Assembly: GCA_021463465.1 (NCBI GenBank)
Contig: JAJTYH010000003.1
Span: forward strand, 275,549-339,548
Length of the DNA stretch: 64,000 nucleotides
Direction of reading: 5' to 3'
DNA from: a bacterium
GTDB lineage: Bacteria > Patescibacteriota > Dojkabacteria > SC72
This document shows positions 22,159-30,671 of this stretch, in pieces. The notes below the pieces were generated by a model, which made no database searches, was not told where the DNA came from, and saw nothing but the letters and a program-made list of their open reading frames with translations. Each line of letters opens with the position of its first letter. Position 1 is the first letter of the stretch. The position numbers were made by a program, and so were the translations under genes.

Positions 22159-22792
22159 AGTTATTGATGTCTGTGTTTCTCTGCTGGTTATAGTTCTGTT
22201 GTCTCCTTTTATGCTGTTTGTGGCTCTGATGATCAAGCTTTATGATGGCGGTCCAGTGTTTGCTGACAATCCTTATCGATTAGGTAAGAACCAAAGACCT
22301 TTTCTGATGTATAAATTTCGATCAATGGTGCCTAATGCTCATGAAAAGATAATGACAGATCCTAGATATTCAGCTGTGAAAAAGAAATGGATTTTGCAAG
22401 ATAAGTTGAGTATAGATGAAGATCCAAGGATAACCGGTATAGGGAAGTGGTTAAGAAGGTGTGACATTGATGAACTAGCGCAGTTTTTTAATGTATTAAA
22501 TGGCTCTATGACTTTAGTTGGACCGAGACCTTGGTTTGAACTAGAATTTAAAAAACGATTAAAAGAAAATCCGGAATGCAGTCAGTATGTTGATTCTATC
22601 TTTAGTGTCAAGCCAGGTATCACAGGTTTGTGGCAGGTTTCAGGACGAAATAGTAACACTGCCAGACAACGTTTTATGCTTGAATATCGATATGTAAAGC
22701 GTAGATCTTTCTTCTATGATTTGGGGATAATTTTGAAGACGCCTTGGGTAGTTTTACAGCATATTATTGAAGGGGAAAGATATGAGAAGTAA
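22139..22792 (+). CDS. Initiating phosphoglycosyl transferase (bacterial sugar transferase; start likely ATG 22148)
   Basis: KFRSM, DPRIT.IG..LR..DIDEL, VGPRP, KPGITGLWQVSGR. Confidence 0.92.
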   Translation: MLIMVNRVIDVCVSLLVIVLLSPFMLFVALMIKLYDGGPVFADNPYRLGKNQRPFLMYKFRSMVPNAHEKIMTDPRYSAVKKKWILQDKLSIDEDPRITGIGKWLRRCDIDELAQFFNVLNGSMTLVGPRPWFELEFKKRLKENPECSQYVDSIFSVKPGITGLWQVSGRNSNTARQRFMLEYRYVKRRSFFYDLGIILKTPWVVLQHIIEGERYEK

Positions 22793-23414
22793 GCGAGACA
22801 GGGTTTTTGTAATTAAGTCTATTAACTATTCTGAAGCAGATAAAGTGGTAACTGTTTTTGGGAGATATCGAGGGAAGTTTGCTATGCTGGCAAAGGGAAT
22901 AAGGAAACTGACTAGTAAGAATCGAGGCAATATCCAAACTTTTTCAATCTCAGACGTTGCATACTATCAGGCTTTGGGTTTACCTCTATTAATTGAGAGC
23001 GAGCAGAAAGCTTATGTGGATTTTGCGCAGTTGAAATCTGTTAATGCTCAACGGGTACTTTTGATGCTGAATAAATTGCTACCGGAGGAGGCATCTAACG
23101 AGAAACTTTTTGATAGTTTAGAAGTTATTGTTAACAAGGGGGTAACAATAGAATATGTAAATAAGTTTAGAATAATTTTCCTTATTGCCGAGGGATTGCT
23201 TTCTGATTTATCTTTATGTAGCAAGTGTGGTGATAAGACTCAGCCAATGCATATACATAAAGGTTCAATCGAATCCATCTGTAATAATTGTCTGGTAAAT
23301 GATAATTTAGAACAAGATAAATATCTGACAGCCAGTCCTCAACTTTATAGTGAAACTGATTTTACTCTGGCATTGGATAGGTATGTAAAAAAACTAATAG
23401 AAGAAACGACTTGA
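22782..23414 (+). CDS. recO: DNA repair protein RecO
   Basis: NYSEADKVVTVF...GK...AKGIRK..SK OB-fold; CSKC...CNNC zinc finger. Confidence 0.85.
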   Translation: MRSKRDRVFVIKSINYSEADKVVTVFGRYRGKFAMLAKGIRKLTSKNRGNIQTFSISDVAYYQALGLPLLIESEQKAYVDFAQLKSVNAQRVLLMLNKLLPEEASNEKLFDSLEVIVNKGVTIEYVNKFRIIFLIAEGLLSDLSLCSKCGDKTQPMHIHKGSIESICNNCLVNDNLEQDKYLTASPQLYSETDFTLALDRYVKKLIEETT

Positions 23415-25228
23415 TGGTTCAAAAACTCCTCATAACAACATTACTGTTTCTGTGTGGAGTGTTACCCTTGTTCGCAGGTGAAACGGTTGTAGATATCTTC
23501 GATGTAGGTGTCGACGGTTTTATTGATGAAGATAACACTTCCGTCATCAGTTTAAACCCTACTGTAAATGAGGTGGGGATATTTTCTGACGTTTTAGTAA
23601 GAATTTTGGATAGAAATAATAACCCTATATCAGGTAGAAGCGTTGAACTTTTTGTGACAGGTAATCCTTCTGAGATAACTTTGGTTCAGCCTACTGCGGT
23701 TACAGACTCGGATGGGTATGTAGTGGGGAAAGTGAAGTCAATTGCTCAAGGTACCTTTGTTGTCCGAGCAAGGGATACAAGTTTTAGCCAGGATATTTTG
23801 ATCTCTGATTCAGATACTCTCACAGTCTTTCCTATTCCCACACCTTCAATTGCTGACGAGCCATATTATACAAAAGGTTTATCAAATAAGATTTTTTGGA
23901 GTAAACCTGATGGGCTTAGTTCCTATACTTATTATATTGAAATTTCCAAGTCTTCGAACTTCAGCACAGTGTTGAAAAACAGTAGGTGGATTTCAGAGCT
24001 CTCCTATACTTTTGAAAATTTGGATTCAGAGGAACTTTATTATTACCGTATTAAAGCCAAGAATGCGGGAGGAATTGAGAGTAATTGGTCGAGTACGGTT
24101 TTTAGTACTCAGGATGATATCCCTCCCGTCATTAATTATATTGAAATTGCTAGAATTACCTCTAGGAATATATTTTCGGGTATTTCAGTGAAGTTTGATG
24201 TCACTGATAATTTTGAAATCCTTACAGTCAAATTCTTCTGTAAGCTACAAAATGGCGATATGGAAGAGTGTGGGACGATGGAGCATAGTGGAGCACGCTA
24301 TTACTTAAACATATCCACCGATGAATTAGAAAGAGGCGGTTTCGGAGCATATCTTGATAAATATGATTTCTGTGTTGAAGGCTACGATAAAGCAGGAAAC
24401 CTGGCAAGTAACTGTAACTTTTCGATAGAAGTAGCGCAGTTTGTTGATTCTCCCGTACCTCTTTTTACTAATCTAATCAATTCAATAATCAAAGTAGTTA
24501 ATGACTATTTTAGAAATATCGGGGATACTCTCAATACTTTGTTCGCTAGTTCGCAGGAGGTTGTACTGCAGCTGTCGTCTATCCTCTTTTATCTAATAAT
24601 TATAGTCATATCGCTTTCAATTCTAGCTCAGAGTATATTTGTCGTTCCTACTTACCTACTTTTCCAGGCAATTGAGTTAATGAGAAGAATTGGAATTAAG
24701 AAACCGGGAACGAACTTAGGGTTAGTGTATGACGCCATTTCGGGTAAACCTGTTCGTTTTGCCCAGGTTAAAGTTTATGATGGTACCAACAACTTGGTAA
24801 CAGCTGATGTTACTGATAAAAATGGTAGGTTTAAAGGTAATTTAGAGGTAGGTAAGTATAGAGTTTGGGTTCAACGGGCTCACTACTTATTCCCTTCCGA
24901 ATTATATAAGGAGTATGAAGTTCCTAAATCATTAGGAAAACTATATCGTGGTGAGTTTTTTGTCTCTTCAAAGCGTAGTCACATATCACTTGCCATTCCT
25001 ATCGATCCTATCAACATATATTCCAAATTTGAAAGAGACTTCAAACTGGAGAGAAAGATGATAGGATTTCTTAAAGCTCTTGTTTTTCTTTTCCTCACTT
25101 TTGGTCTTGCAGTTTCAGCGTTTACCTTTGAGCGGTTCCCGAATATTCTTAATATGGTTTTACTTCTTATGTATATACCTGCGTTTGGAGTTTTCTTAAA
25201 GTCAGTTGTGAACTTAAAGTTTAGGTAG
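23411..25228 (+). CDS. Exported Ig-like/FN3 membrane protein with carboxypeptidase-regulatory-like domain
   Basis: Signal peptide; TDSDG Ig-like repeat; YYYRIKAKN...SNWS FN3; TMs; VYDAISGKPV...TDKNGRF. Confidence 0.65.
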   Translation: MMVQKLLITTLLFLCGVLPLFAGETVVDIFDVGVDGFIDEDNTSVISLNPTVNEVGIFSDVLVRILDRNNNPISGRSVELFVTGNPSEITLVQPTAVTDSDGYVVGKVKSIAQGTFVVRARDTSFSQDILISDSDTLTVFPIPTPSIADEPYYTKGLSNKIFWSKPDGLSSYTYYIEISKSSNFSTVLKNSRWISELSYTFENLDSEELYYYRIKAKNAGGIESNWSSTVFSTQDDIPPVINYIEIARITSRNIFSGISVKFDVTDNFEILTVKFFCKLQNGDMEECGTMEHSGARYYLNISTDELERGGFGAYLDKYDFCVEGYDKAGNLASNCNFSIEVAQFVDSPVPLFTNLINSIIKVVNDYFRNIGDTLNTLFASSQEVVLQLSSILFYLIIIVISLSILAQSIFVVPTYLLFQAIELMRRIGIKKPGTNLGLVYDAISGKPVRFAQVKVYDGTNNLVTADVTDKNGRFKGNLEVGKYRVWVQRAHYLFPSELYKEYEVPKSLGKLYRGEFFVSSKRSHISLAIPIDPINIYSKFERDFKLERKMIGFLKALVFLFLTFGLAVSAFTFERFPNILNMVLLLMYIPAFGVFLKSVVNLKFR

Positions 25229-25276
25229 TTTGAGATTGAAAAAAGAGTGTTATGTTGATATCATCGTGTTCGTTAT

Positions 25277-25349
25277 GGGTGTGTAGCTCAATCGGTAGAG
25301 CAAGCGGCTCTTAACCGTTAGGTTCAGGGTTCGATTCCCTGCACACCCA
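25277..25349 (+). tRNA. tRNA-Lys (CTT)
   Basis: GGGTGTG/CACACCC acceptor stem, AGCGG-CTCTTAA-CCGTT anticodon arm, GGTTCGATTCC T-loop; CCA not encoded. Confidence 0.95.
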
Positions 25350-25366
25350 TTTACATTGACATTTTT

Positions 25367-25852
25367 ATGGATCAATATAGGAAAGTTGCGAAATATATTT
25401 CTGATTGTCACAGAAAGTCTCTTAAAGTTGTATTACTTCATGGTGTTTTTGATTTACTGCATGTTGGCCACCTTAACGTTTTGACTGAAGCAAAAAAACT
25501 TGGTGACATACTAGTCGTTGGAGTTGATTCGGATGATCTAGTTAAATCGATAAAAGGCACGAGTCGACCAATTGTTCCATTAGAAAATCGAATGCAACTT
25601 GTTGAAGGTTTGAAACCCGTTGACATGGTTTTTGGAGTTGAATTGGATCTTAAAACAAGAGAGTTAAGAGAAGAGTACTTTCAAGAGCTATATGGATATC
25701 TAAATATTGATGTTGTAGCCTCAGGTAAGCCTGATTATTGGAGTCCAGTACAACTTAAAATATGCAATAATTTGGGTATACAGTATGTGGTTATTGGAGA
25801 TTTTGGAGGTAGCACGTCGGAAATAATTGCTCGTGTCGCTTCCAAAAGTTAA
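25367..25852 (+). CDS. Cytidylyl/adenylyltransferase (RfaE domain II / TagD-like)
   Basis: GVFDLLHVGH (HxGH), VGVDSD, KG..RP, STSEII. Confidence 0.85.
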   Translation: MDQYRKVAKYISDCHRKSLKVVLLHGVFDLLHVGHLNVLTEAKKLGDILVVGVDSDDLVKSIKGTSRPIVPLENRMQLVEGLKPVDMVFGVELDLKTRELREEYFQELYGYLNIDVVASGKPDYWSPVQLKICNNLGIQYVVIGDFGGSTSEIIARVASKS

Positions 25853-25892
25853 ATATGCTACAGTACAAGGATAAGTTGTAATACAAATTTTA

Positions 25893-26606
25893 ATGAAAGA
25901 GATGTTTCTATCAATTTCAATCCCAGTTTTAATTATTTCACTTGTTGTTGCTGCTGTGGTTGTGGGTATTAGAATGTTTAAAGATAAAGGAAAAAATCTT
26001 TTCACAATGAAGATGCTTTGGGTAGCTTATCTTTATATAATGTGTCTTATATCTCTTATGCTTTTCTTGTATGGAGGTATAAGATTTACAACAGCAATAT
26101 TTGCACACTATACGTCTGCACAATTTTCTTATCAAACCTATGAGTATGTAACACCAATTCCTGAACCTGGAACAGATAAACCGTTGATGGAGCCTGGCTA
26201 TGATATTTTAAAAGACCCTGATCAGAAATTGATTGAAGTCGATGGGAAGAAATATACTTACAATTACGGTGAGTACAAAGCAGATATGGTAGACGGTCTT
26301 GTTATGTTTTTTTCTCTACTAATTATTTATGCGATTCATAGATATCTTGTTTCAAAAGCAGATACGGATAAGGATTCATTTATGCGAAAAATTTATGACT
26401 TCATAGGGCTCGCTCAGTACGGTATTTTGAGTATCATTGCAATTCCAAGTGGGATTTATGCATTAGTTAAATACCTAATGGATGATATAAATCTAAGTAG
26501 CTATACTCGGCCAGTTCCTGGTACCGCAATTGCTCTATTACTATTTGTAGTGCCTGCTTGGATTATTTTCATGCTACGAATGATAAAGGAGAATAAAACG
26601 AAGTAG
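25893..26606 (+). CDS. Polytopic membrane protein (DUF5671-like)
   Basis: YLY..CLISL motif; about five TMs. Confidence 0.55.
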   Translation: MKEMFLSISIPVLIISLVVAAVVVGIRMFKDKGKNLFTMKMLWVAYLYIMCLISLMLFLYGGIRFTTAIFAHYTSAQFSYQTYEYVTPIPEPGTDKPLMEPGYDILKDPDQKLIEVDGKKYTYNYGEYKADMVDGLVMFFSLLIIYAIHRYLVSKADTDKDSFMRKIYDFIGLAQYGILSIIAIPSGIYALVKYLMDDINLSSYTRPVPGTAIALLLFVVPAWIIFMLRMIKENKTK

Positions 26607-26616
26607 CTTATTTCAA

Positions 26617-28038
26617 ATGAAAACTGTGCATAAAACACAAAAGTGTAGGTATTATGTTGAAGGGATGCACTGTTCTTCATGTGAAATATTGATTGAAAAG
26701 AAACTAAAAAAGCTTGAAAATATTCATGCAGTTAATGCTTCCTTGAGTAGGGGTGAGATTGATATTGAGTTTTCTGGGAAGTCTCCTGATCCTAAGTTAA
26801 TTGATCAGATGTTTCTTGATAATGGTTATACTTTTTCACTTAACCCCAAAAGTGCACCGCCTCTACCTTTTTTGTTCAAATTTGCTGAGGGTAGGCTTAT
26901 TTTCAGTAAAAGTGGACTTTTCAGTGCCTTTAAAGGAAGCTTTTTAATATTGTTGATTCTCATGGGCGTTCTACTTATTGATGGCTCAAAGCTTGGGGGA
27001 TATATTTCAATTTCGAACACGTCTTCACTACCGACTTTTTTTATTTTTGGTTTGATTGCGGGTATTTCTAGCTGTGCCGCATTGGTTGGAGGACTCTTGC
27101 TTTCTGTGTCCCGAAATTGGAGTGATATGTATATTGATCAAGATACATTTTGGAAACGGAGCATTCCTTTTATACTTTTTAATCTAGGAAGGCTAATCGC
27201 ATTTGCATTACTAGGTGGATTACTCGGATATTTGGGTTTAAATCTGGGATTTGGCTTTGTACTAAAGCCAGCTGTCACCGCTGTCGTTATCAGTTTGATT
27301 TCAATTTATATGTTGATTTTAGGAATGGGTCTTCTCGGTTTTGATTTTGTGAAGAAGCTTCGATTAAGCTTACCAAAGAGAATCACCTCAAAGATTGTCA
27401 GTATGGAAGATTTGAAAGGGAAATATGTCCCATTTGTAGTTGGCTTACTAACATTTTTCCTGCCTTGCGGGTTTACACTTAATGCCCAGGCAATTGCATT
27501 AACTTCTGGCTCCGTTTTGGATTCCATGTTAATGATGTTATTCTTTGCTTTAGGAACTTTACCAATACTACTTCTAATTAGTTTTAGCTCTGTAAAGATA
27601 GCCCAAAACCCTAAACTTAATGCAACATTTAATTTTGTTGCAGGTGTAGTCGTTGTTATTTTTGCAGTCTATAATTTTAATGCCCAACTAAATGTACTAG
27701 GCTTACCAAGCTTTTCAGACTTCAAAGTTAAAAGTGTCGGAAATAGTTATACATCTATAATTAATGATTCTACGCAGCTACTAAAAACCACAGCAACTTC
27801 AGAAGGATATTCACCTTCTGAAGTGATTGTAAAAGCTGATGTACCAATCGATTGGGAAATTACAGATACAGGTGCATCAGGTTGTACTAATGCGATTATT
27901 TCAACTCAGCTTCTTGGTGATAAAAGGGTAACGCTGGTGCCAGGGGTAAATAGTGTAAAGTTACCTGCATTGAAGGCGGGAGTTTACAAATACAGTTGTT
28001 GGATGGGAATGTATCAGGGTGTAATTAAAGCGATATAG
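26617..28038 (+). CDS. HMA + DsbD_2/TauE-like membrane domain + cupredoxin-like fusion protein
   Basis: GMHCSSC; SSCAALVGG, FNLGR, FFLPCGF, FALGT; C-terminal GC...YSCWMGM. Confidence 0.85.
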   Translation: MKTVHKTQKCRYYVEGMHCSSCEILIEKKLKKLENIHAVNASLSRGEIDIEFSGKSPDPKLIDQMFLDNGYTFSLNPKSAPPLPFLFKFAEGRLIFSKSGLFSAFKGSFLILLILMGVLLIDGSKLGGYISISNTSSLPTFFIFGLIAGISSCAALVGGLLLSVSRNWSDMYIDQDTFWKRSIPFILFNLGRLIAFALLGGLLGYLGLNLGFGFVLKPAVTAVVISLISIYMLILGMGLLGFDFVKKLRLSLPKRITSKIVSMEDLKGKYVPFVVGLLTFFLPCGFTLNAQAIALTSGSVLDSMLMMLFFALGTLPILLLISFSSVKIAQNPKLNATFNFVAGVVVVIFAVYNFNAQLNVLGLPSFSDFKVKSVGNSYTSIINDSTQLLKTTATSEGYSPSEVIVKADVPIDWEITDTGASGCTNAIISTQLLGDKRVTLVPGVNSVKLPALKAGVYKYSCWMGMYQGVIKAI

Positions 28039-28444
28039 GCAAAGCAAACTTTTTTAATATAGCTTCCCCCTTCTCTTTACTTGGTCTGCGATTTGGGTCT
28101 TGCTGTATGATACCGACTTGCGTTAAAGCTTTCTTCCAATCGTTATCCTCCCCATTGTGTGGGATTAAATGTGTGTGTGCATGAGGAACTAGTCGTCCGA
28201 AAGTCGCACTATCAACGAACTCGTATCCTAAACCTCTGTAATGGTTCGCAATCTTGCTTACGATTTCAAAGTATTTATTTTGACCTATATCCCATACAAA
28301 ACGAACATGTTTTTTGGGGATGATTAAAGTATGTCCCTCAGTAAATTGTGAAATATCTAGTATCGCAAGATAATCGTTGTCCTCATATATTTTGAAGGAG
28401 GGAATTGTTCCACTTACTATTTTACAAAAGATGCAACTATCCAT
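28025..28444 (-). CDS. HIT family nucleotide hydrolase
   Basis: CIFCKIV, GHTLIIPKKH, HAHTHL. Confidence 0.92.
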   Translation of the reverse strand: MDSCIFCKIVSGTIPSFKIYEDNDYLAILDISQFTEGHTLIIPKKHVRFVWDIGQNKYFEIVSKIANHYRGLGYEFVDSATFGRLVPHAHTHLIPHNGEDNDWKKALTQVGIIQQDPNRRPSKEKGEAILKKFALPISL

Positions 28445-28480
28445 AACTTAAATATATCAAATCGTGCAATAATGTGTGAT

Positions 28481-28903
28481 ATGTATCATGTGGCAATAAT
28501 GAATAAGAAGGTAGGTACGATTGAAAGGATTCTTTCTGGGATTAAAAAGGTTGAAAGTCGATGGTATGTAACAAGGAGAGCGCCATACAAGAAAATTAAG
28601 AGAGGTGAAAAGATATATTTCAAATATTCAGGTAAAGAGGTCATAGCAAAGGCAGAAGTTGAAAAAGTTATCTTTACTGACGATTTGAACATCAATAAGA
28701 TTGGTGAAATTGTAAAAAAGTATAGTAAGGAGATTGATTTTATAAACCCAAATTATACAGAGTGGGGGATTGGAAAGAAGTACGTTGTTTTAATATGGCT
28801 GAAGAGTGCTCATAAGGTGATTCCTTTTTATGTAAACAAGTCAGGTTTTGGTCTAGGAACGGGATGGATGTGTCTTAAGGAAGATCCGATGAAGAAAGTT
28901 TGA
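28481..28903 (+). CDS. ASCH/PUA-like domain protein
   Basis: ILSGIKKVESR, I..GE.IYFK. Confidence 0.65.
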   Translation: MYHVAIMNKKVGTIERILSGIKKVESRWYVTRRAPYKKIKRGEKIYFKYSGKEVIAKAEVEKVIFTDDLNINKIGEIVKKYSKEIDFINPNYTEWGIGKKYVVLIWLKSAHKVIPFYVNKSGFGLGTGWMCLKEDPMKKV

Positions 28904-28923
28904 GTTTTTGTTAAACTGTTAGT

Positions 28924-30267
28924 ATGACACCACGTTCTAAGAGATTACTTTTCCTAGCGTTCTCTTTTTTTCTGCTACTGTGGTACTTTTTACCTGAAAT
29001 CACATTAGTAACTAAAAGTATATTCATAAATAGGGCTAATACTTTAAGTGCTGAAATTAAGCCATTTGTGATGAGTCAAGGAGATAGGTATAAGATTGAA
29101 ATTGAAATTCCAGCTAATTTTAATCTTGACATTTCGCAATCTAAAATTGTACTCACAGGGTCGGAATATATTCTAAAAAGTGATATCGAAGATTACGTAT
29201 CTTTTCTGAGTCGTAATATTGTTCTAAACAGAGTGAGTATGGGACAAATGAATAGTCAGTTGGAAGAGGATAGGCTTAAGCTAGCCTTTGAGGATCAAAA
29301 CACTATTCCAAAAGGGTACTCACTGATTGCAGAGGTATACTTAGTTTCTAAGGATGGAAGGGTTGAATATTACCCCCAAGTTGTCAGCTTTGATCCTGAT
29401 TTTATTGAATACTTTGTATCACGGTTTTCGTATTTAATTCAGTACTACATATGGTTTATAGCCATCTTTGGCTTCACGTTAAGTAATAGCGTTTGGTCGA
29501 CAGTGTACGACTCTAAAAGCAAGAAGCCGCTTTCAGGGGCAATTGTCCGAGTTAGTTCAAAGGGCTCATTGTTACATACTGTAGTTACTGGTGTTTCTGG
29601 GGTAATAAACATGAAATTGAAAAAGGGTAAATACAAAATTCATGTAACAAAGGCTGGATATACTTTCCCAAGTAATCTTAAACCCCTTGCAAATGACGGC
29701 TACTACCAGAATCTCTACTACGGGAGTGACTTCCAAATGGGGTCAACTTCAAATATGAAACTAAACATTCCTCTTGATCAATTAGGTGTTCTGCGAGAAG
29801 TAAAGCTGGGAGATAAAGTAAGCTCTTTTGCTGTGTCAGTGGTTAGTGGATTGAGTCCTTTATTGCTTGTTTTTATCACCATCTCGCAAATTATTGTATG
29901 GCCAAATTATATTGATTCTTGGATTTTCGCTTCTGTAAGTGCGTTACTTTTATCATTAAGGTACATTCTAAATGCAGAAGGGAAAGTTTATCCAGGTAAG
30001 GTGGTAGATTTAAATGGTAAACCAGTCTCAAATGTCCAGATTGTAATTTATAATCGTGAATGGAATAAGGTGGTAGATAGGGTGATTAGTAATAGCGAAG
30101 GTGAGTATGAAGCCCTACTACTAAAAGATAAGTACTACGTTAAAATTGCTAATCCTGATTTAGAATTAGTCGGAGTGGGACCTGAGGGCAAACTTAAGGT
30201 GAAAGGCTTGCTTAAAGGTCAGATTCAATATATTAATGACAGACTGGTAGTCAGACCTAAAAGCTAA
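28924..30267 (+). CDS. Membrane protein with two carboxypeptidase-regulatory-like domains
   Basis: VYDSKSKKPLSGAIVRV...YTFPS and GKVVDLNGKPV...SNSEGEY, separated by TMs. Confidence 0.65.
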   Translation: MTPRSKRLLFLAFSFFLLLWYFLPEITLVTKSIFINRANTLSAEIKPFVMSQGDRYKIEIEIPANFNLDISQSKIVLTGSEYILKSDIEDYVSFLSRNIVLNRVSMGQMNSQLEEDRLKLAFEDQNTIPKGYSLIAEVYLVSKDGRVEYYPQVVSFDPDFIEYFVSRFSYLIQYYIWFIAIFGFTLSNSVWSTVYDSKSKKPLSGAIVRVSSKGSLLHTVVTGVSGVINMKLKKGKYKIHVTKAGYTFPSNLKPLANDGYYQNLYYGSDFQMGSTSNMKLNIPLDQLGVLREVKLGDKVSSFAVSVVSGLSPLLLVFITISQIIVWPNYIDSWIFASVSALLLSLRYILNAEGKVYPGKVVDLNGKPVSNVQIVIYNREWNKVVDRVISNSEGEYEALLLKDKYYVKIANPDLELVGVGPEGKLKVKGLLKGQIQYINDRLVVRPKS

Positions 30268-30269
30268 TT

Positions 30270-30298
30270 TTGACAAGACATTTTTAAGAGAATATAAT
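30270..30298 (+). promoter_or_regulatory. Perfect consensus sigma70 promoter
   Basis: TTGACA (30270-75), 17 nt, TATAAT (30293-98). Confidence 0.85.
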
Positions 30299-30307
30299 CC
30301 TCTAATC

Positions 30308-30400
30308 ATGAATATTATTTTGATTCATAGATTCGTTCCAAAGATGACTTACGTCCTTGATATATGGACAAGTGTCGGGGAGGAATCAGATTCAATGTAG
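30308..30400 (+). CDS. Putative 30-aa attenuator leader peptide MNIILIHRFVPKMTYVLDIWTSVGEESDSM
   Basis: ATG 9 nt after the -10 box; ORF contains the antiterminator strand GGGAGGAATCA (30378-88). Confidence 0.5.
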   Translation: MNIILIHRFVPKMTYVLDIWTSVGEESDSM

Positions 30401-30427
30401 TTTCAAAAAGAATACAAAGTAAATGAT

Positions 30428-30458
30428 ACCTCCCAGAAAATGGGAGGTTTTTTGTTTT
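30428..30458 (+). terminator. Intrinsic terminator (attenuator-type)
   Basis: ACCTCCCA-gaaaa-TGGGAGGT followed by TTTTTGTTTT. Confidence 0.85.
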
Positions 30459-30519
30459 AGCTACTCAAATTTATGAAAACTAATGTATGCGTATCACAAA
30501 GGGAAGGAGGTATATTGTA

Positions 30520-30600
30520 ATGAATGATGAAGAAGGTACAGTGGTTGTGACTCCAGGTCCAATTGACCCTGGTGACACATCCAACCCCGACCAATTCTAG
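30520..30600 (+). CDS. Putative 26-aa small protein MNDEEGTVVVTPGPIDPGDTSNPDQF
   Basis: AAGGAGG SD at 30504-10, 9 nt before ATG; TAATG overlap with a 15-codon upstream ORF (30473-30520). Confidence 0.5.
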   Translation: MNDEEGTVVVTPGPIDPGDTSNPDQF

Positions 30601-30671
30601 ATAACGGGGTAATATAGCACTGTGCTAAAATCATCTAAGCGCTTAGATAAATAAATTTATGAAATATTTTA

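Noticed and set aside
30615-30628. TAGCACTGTGCTAA resembling CIRCE half-sites
   Set aside because: CIRCE requires TTAGCACTC-N9-GAGTGCTAA; the spacer is missing and no chaperone gene follows.
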